DNA from: a virus
Lineage: Duplodnaviria; Caudoviricetes
DNA length: 56,894 nt
Direction: 5' to 3' (one strand)
Virus record (IMG/VR): IMGVR_UViG_3300033144_008156
Location: 1-56,894 of that record
Position 1 is the first letter of the stretch, and the number at the start of each line of letters is the position of its first letter. The notes beneath the pieces are model-generated. The model saw only the letters and a program-made list of their open reading frames with translations, was not told where the DNA came from and made no database searches. Both the position numbers and the translations under genes were made by a program. Positions 18,133-28,900 of the stretch are shown piece by piece.

Positions 18133-21100
18133 TGCCAACACTTCCTGAAGATACAATAAATCCTTTAACAGGTAAACCTGTAGGACAGAAAGCTTCCTTA
18201 AAGAATACTGCAGTAATAGGACAAGAAGACATTAATCCATTAACAGGATTAACTGTAGGAAAAAAAGGTAGTTTTACATATAATCCCAGTGTGGGGGATT
18301 TTGCGGTGCCTGCTACTGCTGCCCATGACTTTAATTTTAAAGCAACTGATGATCTCTATCAGTTTACTAAATATGGGGCAGATGTTAATATCCTAACTGA
18401 CTATACCAAACATAGAGCTATAATGCAACCAGGATGGGAGCAAACTTTGGCTTTTCTAAATCAAGCTATCATAGGAGAAATAGGAGGAGGAATGATAGAA
18501 TCTGTAGGATATCTATTAGATGCTGTTATGATGGGAGACCTTGCTAAGGGGCAAGAACAGGAATTTGGAAATATGATGTCAAGAACAGGAAAACACATAA
18601 AAGAATGGACAAAAGAAGTAACTCCTGCTTACGAGGTAGCTCCTGGTACATTTAATCCAGGAGATTCTGGATGGTGGGCTTCAAATGGACCTTCTGTTTT
18701 TTCTACTTTATCTTTGATGATTCCTGCCATGGGATTTACTAAAGCTGCAGGAATGGCAGCAAGAGGACTAGGACTAGCTCGTGCTGCGAAAAAAGGAACA
18801 GGTGTATACCAAAAAGCTGTAGGATTAAAGCCTCTTACAGTAGCTCAAGAAGCAAAAATAGGATGGGTAGGAGGAGCTGTAAGTCAGGCTGTAATGTCGA
18901 GACATGCAGAAAGCTTAATGGAAAGTTCTCAGATATTTGATCAGAATTATAAAAAATACAGACAGGAAGGACTAGGAGATAAAGAGGCCAGAGAATTAGC
19001 AGGAAAAGGAGCTTCTAAAGTATATAAAGATAACTGGTGGATGCTATTGACAGATCTTCCTCAATATCTAATGTTAGGAGCTAAATTCACTCCCGGAGGA
19101 GGTAAAGTAGCTAAAGCAGTTAATGATGCTGCTAATAAAAAGATTGTATCTGTTCCTTATACTGGAATGAATACAGGAGCAAGATTTACACTAGGTATGG
19201 CCTCTGAAGGCTTTGAGGAAGGTTACCAGCATGTCATAGGAGAAGAAGGTACTTATTTATCTGATCTACAGGGAGGATTTACAGAAGAAAGTGCATTTGC
19301 AGATAGATATGATCAATATATAAGAGATGGTAGATTATGGACCTCTGTTTTCTATGGAGCATTTGGAGGTGGAATATTTCAAGCTGCAATGCCTAAAGTA
19401 CAAGACTTCATAAATAAAAAACAGGGCATTCCTACCCAAGATGAGATAATAGATCAGAAAATAAAGATTATAAATGAAATGATGCCTGCTTTATCTGCTG
19501 CTACTAAAAGAGTGAAAGAAGCAGATGCTTCCGGGATAGTGGGGATGATGTATCAGGCAAGGACAAACTTAAATCTTTATAAAGCATTACAGCATATAGC
19601 AACAGGTACTTTTGATCAGCATTTAGCCTTTCTAGACCATTTAGAAAATATGTCAGAGGAAGAGGTAGCGGAATGGAATGAGGCTAATCCAGATGTTCAG
19701 TTTGATAAAGCAGTTTTAGATGAACTAATGCCTGAATTAAGAGAGGCAAGTCACGAAATAAATAATATTTATCAAGAAGAATCTAAAAGGCAAAAACCAG
19801 AATTAGCCATACGAACTACTGAAGAGCTGTATAAAATCTCAAAATTTAAGAAGGATGCTGCAAAATATGAATTAGCAGTTTCTGAATTAGAAGAACAATA
19901 TCTCCAAAAGGAAAAACTATCTCCCGTGGGACAGGAGCTTTATGATGTAAAATTACAGAAAGCAGCATATCTACAAGCTAAGAAACAAATAGAATATCTT
20001 CTTAAAAATGACAGTGTTGCTCCAGATGCAAGAGACATCTATAATGAAAGAATGGATAACTTTGCAGCAGCTGTGATGATATTAGAAAAGCAAGAAAAAG
20101 AACTAGAAAGCAAAGAAAGAACTGCCGCAGAGAAAAAAGAAGATGCAAGAGTCTTTGATACTATGAAGAACCTTGATCCTTTAAATGAAAAAAAGGCTCA
20201 ACTAGACATGTTAAACTTAGCAATAGACACTGCTAATCAGAGACTAAAAAGATTAAGAGATCCTAGAACTTCAGCAACAGGAGACCAGAGAGTAGCAGAA
20301 AGAGCCTGGACTACTACTCAAGTTGAAGAAAAATTAAAAGCTCATTCTCCAAATTCTCTACAAAAGGCCAGATTGGGGAAAAGAGTAGGAGAGGGAAATG
20401 AGGTAACTATGAAAATAGCAGGCAAGACAATATCAGGTATTGTAACCTATCCTGTTAAAAAGAAAGATATAGAGGCTGCCAGAATACATTTAGGATTAGG
20501 GATAGAAAAAGAAACTGCTGAAAAAATGAAACCTGCTCCCCTAGGTTATATTTTCATCTCTCACGATAATAAAATAATTAGAATCATTCACGGGGACAAT
20601 ATTGATAGTTTAAATATTCTGGACAGAGAAGCTCAAGCAGCAGAGGCTAATAGGCAAGAACAGGCAGAAATAATGGCAAAAAGGAGGGAATCCTTAATAA
20701 GGGTCCATAATGCCTTAAAAACTGATATAGAAGGCCTACAGAACAAGATAAATGAAAATAAAGAGAAAATAGAATTTAGTTTATTAGAATTAGAAGAATT
20801 AGCATCTGATCTTCAAGCAATAGATAAAACTACTCCAGGGTATAAAAAGAAAGAAAGGGATTATTATAGGAAAAAATACGGAAAAACTCCTCAACAGTGG
20901 AAGAAAGAATATAGGGAAAAAGATATACGAGAAAAGAGAGATGTTCTACAGAGCGAGCTTAATACCTTATTAAATTATTATAAGGAAATAAATTTAGAAG
21001 GGGCTCAAAACGCAGAAACAGCTATTAGAAAAGCAAACCTTCATTCTCCATATTCTCCTTTAGCCTTAACAGAAATTGAAAAACTCTTAGAAACTGCTGA

Positions 21101-24100
21101 TTACCATGTTGCAGAAACAGAAAAAGAGATTCAAAGATTATCTGCACAATTAGAAGGTATTAACAAATTGTATGATCCTGTCAAAGCTGCTGAGCTTGTA
21201 ATGACCAGAAAGACATACACTAAATGGTTTGAAGAAAAATACCCTAATAATCCCGGTAGTAGGGGATATATGGAACAAATCCTTAAAAGTTCTGAGCCTC
21301 CCTGGTCAATATACAAAAAATACATTGAAGAACATCCTGAATATATAGAAGATCTAGAAAAGTTAGAGAAAATAAAAGCCAGAGTAAAAGATCATAATGA
21401 GATAAAAAATAATATGATTACTACTAGAAGAGCACTAGTAATGGCAAGAAGAACCTTAAGAAGACAAACACAGGAGGCAAATATGTTAAGAGGCTCTAGG
21501 AATAGTTGGATGCATTCGCAAGATATCCTAAGCTTGTATAAAAAAGTAGGGCAAGAATACTTGAACTTGTTAAAAGAAGATAAGCAAGCGGCAATAGATG
21601 CAGAAACATTAACTGCAAACCAGAGAGCAAGTGGAAATTTACAGCCTCCACCTATTAATCCTACTCTGAAAAATTTAGAACCTTTTCTTACAGAGGCAGA
21701 GTTCGCCAAAGAAAGCTTAAGCACAACTGCAGGATTTCATATAGATAGAAACACAGGAGGAGTTAATACTAAAAGGCAATTTCAAGTCAGGTGGTATGCT
21801 GCTCTTGCTAAGATGCCTACAATAACTGATGAGGAAGGATATCATCTACAACTTTTAACTCTTAAATACGCAAAAGAAAATGGATTAGAAGAGGCATATG
21901 ATGAAGAAGATGAAAGAACAGATAGCGCAACTGCTTTAAAAGCAATTTTAGTAGATGAGGCAGGTAATCCAGTAAGGGCAACTGATGAAGGAGAATTAGA
22001 TCCTAAAGGGAATATTCTTACCACTTATATCCATAAACCAGATTTTGTATATGATTTAAGTAAAAAAAGAATAGCCAGAAAATACATGTATGAGGTAATG
22101 GGGGCCGATGAAAGTGAAACAAGGTCTCTTATAAAAAATGACGAAGCAAGAATAGGGAAGGACACTTATACTTTTGATGAAATAGTAGAAAATGCCAGGT
22201 CATATTATTCCAAAAAGCATGAAACTTTCAGAGAGAATGCTTTAGCAGAAATAGAAAAGGGAAATCCAGTATTTGTACCAATACTTGAAAAGTCTGCGGG
22301 AATTGAAAGAAACCTTCCAGAAGTAGATGGAAAAAGGCAAAGAAATAACTTAGATACATTTGCCAAATTAGACGAGATAGTATCATTCCATGTTCCTACA
22401 TCTAATATGATGGCTCTTACTTCTAATAGCCATGTCCAAAGAGAAGTTTATCCAGGAATGGTATATGTAGAAAATGAAAGAGGAAATACAACAGGAGCAT
22501 TGAATAGGCTTTTAAATGAGCAGGAAGTAGACATGATAGTAAACATGATGAGCTATGCTGCCCTTAATGGAAATGAAGTTCATAGAGAATTAACGGCTGC
22601 AGAGAAAAAGAAGAAGGGGAAAAAAGCATTAAAAACTACTTACTATTTATTTCCTAAGAAAGGAGTATCTTCAAATGATATTATTCTACCTAACTTGATA
22701 TATTATGGTAAGATAAATGAAGAAGGAATTAGAAAGTCATTATCAAAAGAAGGAGCTACAGAAGCCCAAATAAAGAATGAAATAGCTAGAAGACAAAAGC
22801 ACCAGCTATATATTAATTATCAGACAAAAACTGTTAGTTATGGCTATGAAGAAAAATCTCAAATTCCAAATTCTGTAGGGTTTACCAATATTAAAACTGA
22901 TCCTCAATTTAGAGAATGGTTACTAGGGAAATATCACCAGATCAATAGATTGAACCTTACCTCTTCAGAAAAAGGAAAGACTAACATATATCTTCACCCC
23001 ATAAAATTTAATGAAGATACTGGAGGAGTGAAAATGCAATTCTATAACCATAGTAAAAATATGGCAGGATATGAAACTTTCCTACATTCTTTATTAAAAA
23101 CAGATATTGTCCCTGCATCTGAAGTTCAATTTGCATCTACCTATTTTACATATAGTAATAAAATTTATAACAAACTAGAAGGAGAAGTATCTTCCGAAAA
23201 GGAGGAAAAGAAGGAAAAAGAAGGTGAAATCTTAGAAACAGAGCCTACAACTATAACTAACTCTAGGGATTTAATAAAAATAAAAGAAGGATATACTTTT
23301 GAAATTAATTTACATTTTCAACAACCTACAAAAGAAGATCCTAAAATTTATAAAACTTTTAATTTAAAATATCAGGGTATTTTTAAAGATGGTGAGTTTG
23401 TGTTAGAAAAACTTGAAGTAGATGAAGTAGAAAAAACAGGAGAAGTTCTTAAGAAAAATCAAGAATATCTAACTAATAGCATTATTGCGGATATAAAAGA
23501 AGTCCATCAAAAAAAGAGCAAAGGAAAAGGAGTAAAGTTAGAAGACTTCTTTAGAGATATAGGAGTAACTTCTTTTGTAATAACTCCTCCTGGGGTAACA
23601 AAAAAAACTACTACTCCGGAAATAGGAGAAGAAGAAGCAGTATCAATCGTATTAGAGGAGAGTCCTAAGTTAGCTGCTGCTATTTATAAAGAATTAGGAA
23701 TGCAGGGAGAGCAGGGGGAGATAAAAATTGCAGACATAAAAAATATAGATTTCTCCTCCGTAAATCCAGGACTAGCTAAAATTTTACAAGAAAAATTAAA
23801 GGCTAAATTTCCTAAGATTAAATTGGAATTCACAGATCTTCCTATACCTGAGTCTACAGATCCAAATATTATGAATCAAGAGATGAAGAGTTCTTTATCT
23901 GCATTTAATGAAGATCCTAAGCTAAAAAGAGAATTATTAGGACCTTTATTAAGAGCAGAAAACGCCCTCAAGTCTCTCAAAGAGAAAGATAAAATAGCTA
24001 TTAATGCTACTATGAATAAGCTTATCGCCCAAAATCCTTTGAAATACTTAGAATTAATCAGGACTACAGGAGAAAAGGGGGCCGTAATTAGAATACTTCT

Positions 24101-25946
24101 TGATCCTCTATCATCAGATATAACAAAAGAAATAGGAGATGAGATTATTCCTAAATCTATAAGGAAAAAAGCACAGGATTTTGCAGACAATATAAATAAC
24201 AAGGAAAACTATCTACAGGCCTTTAATGAGTTTATTGCTAAAAATAGAGAAAGATTATCTGAATTAGAAGATATGGAAGAGGCCATAAGGAAAAGTATGG
24301 AAAATATTTCTCTAAAAGATTATAAAAAAGGGCTTTGGAATATTTTAGTAAATACAGATATACGATTTGTTCATTATGAAATGCCTTCCATTGATGTAAC
24401 AAACCCACTTAATGTTGTAAATTTTAGATTAGAAAATAATGCAGGAGTTAAGTTTAATTTCCGTTATGAAAATGGAATTTTAAAACAAATATATAAAGTT
24501 GAAGAAAAACAAATAAAAGATTATGAAAAAATAAGAGGAGGATTTGTGGGTGATGCAGCTACTATGACTGAAATTCAAAATATACCCATAACAGAAGAGG
24601 ACCAAAATGACTGGATAGATGCTAATGTTCTATTAGAACAATTGAAAAAAGACCCTTTTAGAATAAGAGAAGCTATAAAAATCATTCATTTGGATGCTGT
24701 AAATCTTAAAATAACGCAATTAAAAAATAATCTAGAAGATCCTACCTTAAAAGAAGACTTTATAAGAGATAGAATTGATGAGACATGGGATAACATGCAA
24801 TTTAGTCACTATGATATGTTAGATGTAGATTTTCAATTATTTTTGAGAGATAATTTAATGGCAAATAATATAATTGATAATAATGATATATTAACTGCCC
24901 AGTTTGGAGTAAAACCCGATGCTCTCCTAAAATTATCTAATAATGAAGAGTATAAAGAATTAGAGCAAAAAAAGAAGAAGATTACCTACATTTTAGATAA
25001 TCAAGAAGAATTTAATAATACATATGATAGCTATGAAGCATCATTTGAAGAAGGAAACATTTTAGCTCCTGTGCCTGGATGGTTTGTAAATGCACACTCA
25101 GTAGAGAGCACTGGTAAATTTTTCCGTGATCTTAATGGTATTTTTGATGCAAGAGTTAGAACTATGGTACAAATAGGAGCTACACGAGAATATGATGCTC
25201 TCCATGATCAAGGAGTTACCCCTGGATTTCAAAAATTACTAGATGCTAAAGATATAAACTCTTTAATGCCCCAGCGATTATCTTATGCTCCCGCATTAAA
25301 TTTATCAGATGATCTTGCTATACTAAATCAAAAAGAAAAAAATCAAATAATAGGACAGGCTAATTTTGAAGCCATGTCTGTTTTAATTCACAATGCTCAT
25401 CAGCGTCAAGATACTTTACCCCATGAATATGCTCATCATTATGTGAGATGGTTTAAAGACACTGCCATAGTTCAGGAAGGTATCAAGAGATTTGGGTCAG
25501 AAGAAAATCTAGTACAGAAAATTGGAGAACAAGCAACTCTTCAAAAAGGAGAAGCTTGGAATATTTGGAAAAAACTTGTTAATTGGATATTAGAACAGTT
25601 ATCAGATAAACAATTGTTACAGGTGCTTACTGATAGTTTCTTAGAAGCTGTTGATCTTAATGATCATTTTACATATGGAGATCCTACTGCTGCTCAGAAA
25701 AAGGAGGCCCAGAATCTATACAGTGACTATAGGAGTACTACTAAAGTAGAAGCAGGGTCTAAAAAAGATATAGAAGGATTTGGAGAATTTGTAGGAAAAT
25801 CGAAAGTAAGCTCTTCTGAATCTGTAGGATTTGAAGGTTTAGGAACTGGAATGACTGCTGCAGAGACAGAATCAGTTAATAAAATGAATGAAGATGGAGA
25901 AAATGAAAGTGCAGGCAATAATAATTCTACTAAAGAATGCAATTAA
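18132..25946 (+). CDS. Giant virion protein 1 with hydrophobic N-terminal segments, coiled coils and a C-terminal zincin-like metallopeptidase motif
   Basis: 2604 aa. Has Gly/Ala-rich hydrophobic helices, SEGFEEGYQ, and TLPHEYAHHY...EENLVQ (HExxH...E) near 25420; lies upstream of the RNAP gene. Confidence 0.75.
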   Translation: MPTLPEDTINPLTGKPVGQKASLKNTAVIGQEDINPLTGLTVGKKGSFTYNPSVGDFAVPATAAHDFNFKATDDLYQFTKYGADVNILTDYTKHRAIMQPGWEQTLAFLNQAIIGEIGGGMIESVGYLLDAVMMGDLAKGQEQEFGNMMSRTGKHIKEWTKEVTPAYEVAPGTFNPGDSGWWASNGPSVFSTLSLMIPAMGFTKAAGMAARGLGLARAAKKGTGVYQKAVGLKPLTVAQEAKIGWVGGAVSQAVMSRHAESLMESSQIFDQNYKKYRQEGLGDKEARELAGKGASKVYKDNWWMLLTDLPQYLMLGAKFTPGGGKVAKAVNDAANKKIVSVPYTGMNTGARFTLGMASEGFEEGYQHVIGEEGTYLSDLQGGFTEESAFADRYDQYIRDGRLWTSVFYGAFGGGIFQAAMPKVQDFINKKQGIPTQDEIIDQKIKIINEMMPALSAATKRVKEADASGIVGMMYQARTNLNLYKALQHIATGTFDQHLAFLDHLENMSEEEVAEWNEANPDVQFDKAVLDELMPELREASHEINNIYQEESKRQKPELAIRTTEELYKISKFKKDAAKYELAVSELEEQYLQKEKLSPVGQELYDVKLQKAAYLQAKKQIEYLLKNDSVAPDARDIYNERMDNFAAAVMILEKQEKELESKERTAAEKKEDARVFDTMKNLDPLNEKKAQLDMLNLAIDTANQRLKRLRDPRTSATGDQRVAERAWTTTQVEEKLKAHSPNSLQKARLGKRVGEGNEVTMKIAGKTISGIVTYPVKKKDIEAARIHLGLGIEKETAEKMKPAPLGYIFISHDNKIIRIIHGDNIDSLNILDREAQAAEANRQEQAEIMAKRRESLIRVHNALKTDIEGLQNKINENKEKIEFSLLELEELASDLQAIDKTTPGYKKKERDYYRKKYGKTPQQWKKEYREKDIREKRDVLQSELNTLLNYYKEINLEGAQNAETAIRKANLHSPYSPLALTEIEKLLETADYHVAETEKEIQRLSAQLEGINKLYDPVKAAELVMTRKTYTKWFEEKYPNNPGSRGYMEQILKSSEPPWSIYKKYIEEHPEYIEDLEKLEKIKARVKDHNEIKNNMITTRRALVMARRTLRRQTQEANMLRGSRNSWMHSQDILSLYKKVGQEYLNLLKEDKQAAIDAETLTANQRASGNLQPPPINPTLKNLEPFLTEAEFAKESLSTTAGFHIDRNTGGVNTKRQFQVRWYAALAKMPTITDEEGYHLQLLTLKYAKENGLEEAYDEEDERTDSATALKAILVDEAGNPVRATDEGELDPKGNILTTYIHKPDFVYDLSKKRIARKYMYEVMGADESETRSLIKNDEARIGKDTYTFDEIVENARSYYSKKHETFRENALAEIEKGNPVFVPILEKSAGIERNLPEVDGKRQRNNLDTFAKLDEIVSFHVPTSNMMALTSNSHVQREVYPGMVYVENERGNTTGALNRLLNEQEVDMIVNMMSYAALNGNEVHRELTAAEKKKKGKKALKTTYYLFPKKGVSSNDIILPNLIYYGKINEEGIRKSLSKEGATEAQIKNEIARRQKHQLYINYQTKTVSYGYEEKSQIPNSVGFTNIKTDPQFREWLLGKYHQINRLNLTSSEKGKTNIYLHPIKFNEDTGGVKMQFYNHSKNMAGYETFLHSLLKTDIVPASEVQFASTYFTYSNKIYNKLEGEVSSEKEEKKEKEGEILETEPTTITNSRDLIKIKEGYTFEINLHFQQPTKEDPKIYKTFNLKYQGIFKDGEFVLEKLEVDEVEKTGEVLKKNQEYLTNSIIADIKEVHQKKSKGKGVKLEDFFRDIGVTSFVITPPGVTKKTTTPEIGEEEAVSIVLEESPKLAAAIYKELGMQGEQGEIKIADIKNIDFSSVNPGLAKILQEKLKAKFPKIKLEFTDLPIPESTDPNIMNQEMKSSLSAFNEDPKLKRELLGPLLRAENALKSLKEKDKIAINATMNKLIAQNPLKYLELIRTTGEKGAVIRILLDPLSSDITKEIGDEIIPKSIRKKAQDFADNINNKENYLQAFNEFIAKNRERLSELEDMEEAIRKSMENISLKDYKKGLWNILVNTDIRFVHYEMPSIDVTNPLNVVNFRLENNAGVKFNFRYENGILKQIYKVEEKQIKDYEKIRGGFVGDAATMTEIQNIPITEEDQNDWIDANVLLEQLKKDPFRIREAIKIIHLDAVNLKITQLKNNLEDPTLKEDFIRDRIDETWDNMQFSHYDMLDVDFQLFLRDNLMANNIIDNNDILTAQFGVKPDALLKLSNNEEYKELEQKKKKITYILDNQEEFNNTYDSYEASFEEGNILAPVPGWFVNAHSVESTGKFFRDLNGIFDARVRTMVQIGATREYDALHDQGVTPGFQKLLDAKDINSLMPQRLSYAPALNLSDDLAILNQKEKNQIIGQANFEAMSVLIHNAHQRQDTLPHEYAHHYVRWFKDTAIVQEGIKRFGSEENLVQKIGEQATLQKGEAWNIWKKLVNWILEQLSDKQLLQVLTDSFLEAVDLNDHFTYGDPTAAQKKEAQNLYSDYRSTTKVEAGSKKDIEGFGEFVGKSKVSSSESVGFEGLGTGMTAAETESVNKMNEDGENESAGNNNSTKECN

Positions 25947-25952
25947 TGTAAT

Positions 25953-28900
25953 ATGGGATGTATAAGATACATAATTCCAAAAGTAGGTCCCAAAAGAGGA
26001 CAGAGTGTAGAGTCTCAATTATTTAACAACTTAGTTAAGATGTATGATGAGACTACTGCAGATGAGCTTTACGGAAATATATTTACAGAAAAATTTAAAA
26101 GAGTTTTTGGAGATTGGGAAACACATAAAGAGGAATGGAAAGACCAGTTAGATCAGAATGGAGAGCCCCTTACTAGGTTTATAACTCCCGTGGGGGAAGA
26201 AAATTTTGAGGCTACAATAAATCCAGAAGCTTATTATGTACCAAAAGTAGCAGAAACTCCACAAATCACTGCTGCGAAAGAATGGTTAACAAAGCATTTA
26301 GGAAATACTCCAGGAGTAGTAGCTGTATCTAGAATTATAGAAGGACAATTAATAGGAAGATTTCATCAGGGATCTATCTATTTAATGAATAATGCAGAAA
26401 TGGGAGTAGTATTCCATGAAGCATTCCATGCCGTTACTCAAATGTTCCTAACAAGCGGAGAAAGAAGGTCTATTTATGATGAAATTAGAAGAAGATCCCC
26501 TGAAAATGAAAAACTTTCTGAAGAAGAGGTAGAAGAAATCCTAGCAGATGAATTTAGTGAATACATAATGTCTGGAGGAAAATACATAGTACCAGAAGCT
26601 AAGAAAAAACAAAAGTCACTTTTTAAAGAATTATGGGATACCATAATAGGTATATTCTATAATAATGAAATCTCAATAGCAGAGTTATACGAAAAAGCAA
26701 GAACTGGTAAATATGCCAAAGGAATTGGTCTATCTCGAAGAGCAGAAAACTTCTTCAATAAATATGAAATGAAGTCTTATGGGAAGAAAGTGAGCATAGA
26801 TAGAACATTAAAGGACGGTTCCAGAACTCCATTAACATCCACAGAGATAAGAATGTTAATGGAAAGTATGAATTATTATTTCTTGGATACACTATTTAGA
26901 CAAGGTAGCCCAGATGCACTATTCAATAAAACTGCAAGTGAAATATCTGATATTTATTCCAGTAAGTCTGATGGAGTATTTGGAAGAATGAAAGGCCAAT
27001 TAATGCAGGATCTAAGGCAAAAAGATTTTGTAAAAAACTTAGCAAAACAGTCTGGAGAGACAGTAGAAGATTTAACATTTAAGTTACAAAGTATTTATCA
27101 GTCTGTAGGTCTTTATAGTGGAGAACCCACTCAGGAATGGAATAGACTAGCTGCTGCTCATAAAAGCTATTTAAGGCAGTATGGGCTGGATTTAAAGTTA
27201 GAGTATGTAAAAGAAGATGATCGTACAAAAGAAGAATTAATACAAGAAGGACTTGCAGAAGTAGATGCGGGAAATTTCTTTGTAGAATCTATCTATTTCA
27301 ATACTAAAGACAGTACTCCTAACGCTGTAAAAATGTTAATAGCAGGGTTAGCAAAAAAAATATCCTCTCAGGACTATGTTGTAAATGACCTAGGATTAAG
27401 AATAGCAGTCAATTATGATGAAACTTATAATACAGTAGCAAATAAACTAGCTTTAACTCCTGCCAGATGGGAAGCTTTTGAAAGAAAATTAAACGAATTA
27501 AAACACGATATTCCAGGAATGGGATGGTTAGCCCAGAGATTAAGAGTGGGAGAATCTTCTGCAGAAGTCAGCAAAGACATATTTGACCTAAGGATTAAAT
27601 TCATACAAAACTTTGCAAAAAACAAATACTCTTATCTGATAGGATTAATACAAAGAGATACAGTAGATGACCAACGAAACCTAGTTCCTGGGGATATTAT
27701 ATTTCAAGATAGTAATTCTAGTGGTACTAAAGACAGAATAAGACAAGAATGGAGAGGAAATCTCATTAGGAATTTTGCAGAAATAAGTGGAACAGGAAAA
27801 ATTGCAAAAGAATTAACTGCACAAAACTGGAAGACTCTACTAGGAGAAATAAAGACAATTTTAGCAAAGTATCATAATGAAAAATCAGTCCGAAAGAAAA
27901 AAGAACTCTTAAATTCAGCATATGCAAGGTTAGGAATAGAATTAAATCCAGTTACCGCAGATCTGATGCTAACTGATGTGAATAAAGGAGGAGGAATAAC
28001 TAGTGAAGAAGGAACTGTTAGTAGTGCATTTGATGTGCTGAACAATAGTATATTAAAGTATTTAGAAGAAGAAGTAGACCTGTTCTCTCCAAAATCTGGA
28101 GTAGCAGGGTGGATAAGCGGCCTAATCAGTATGGAAGCAGAACACAATAAAGATAGAATCTCTTCCCAGCACATAAGTCCAGATGGCAAAACGATGTATG
28201 GAATAACATTAAATACCAATACTTCTATTGTAGTATCAGAATTAAACAGCATAGCCGCTCTTCCTACTGAAAGTGACAGATTAGATGCTCTTGAAGAACA
28301 TTTACCACATATATTTCACTCAGAATATGCTACCCATAGTATAATAAAAGATAAAATATTGGAAGGAATTCCAATTACATTAGGAATATTCGATGGATAC
28401 AAATATAATTTACCTGGAAACCAGGGAATCCCCACTAAAGAACTAAAAGAGCCTGATAAGTACTCTCAATTTGTAAATGGCACTCTCAAAGAATTTTATT
28501 CTTTTTTAAGAACTGCAGATAGAGGAATAGAAAACTTTATATCTTTTTCAGATAAAAGTGCATTTATAAAAAACCAAGAAGAGGCTTTAATCAATTTTAA
28601 GTACTACTTATTAGATGAGATTATTACAGCAAAAGATTTAAAAGAAGGCGGGGCTGGTAAATATATTTCTTCTTATAGAGATATGTTTAAAAATAATGAA
28701 ACTGGATTAAGAATTTTCAATGGAATAATTAAAGATTCCAGAGTAAGAAATGATATAAAAGCATATATCAATAAAGAAGATATTACAAGAGAAGATATAG
28801 AAGAGGCTCTTTTTGAAGAAGGGTCTGTTTTTTCAACTAGAGTTACCGATGATATTTTAGATTATTTTAAAAGAAGGGTAAAAATAGAAGGAGATAAATT

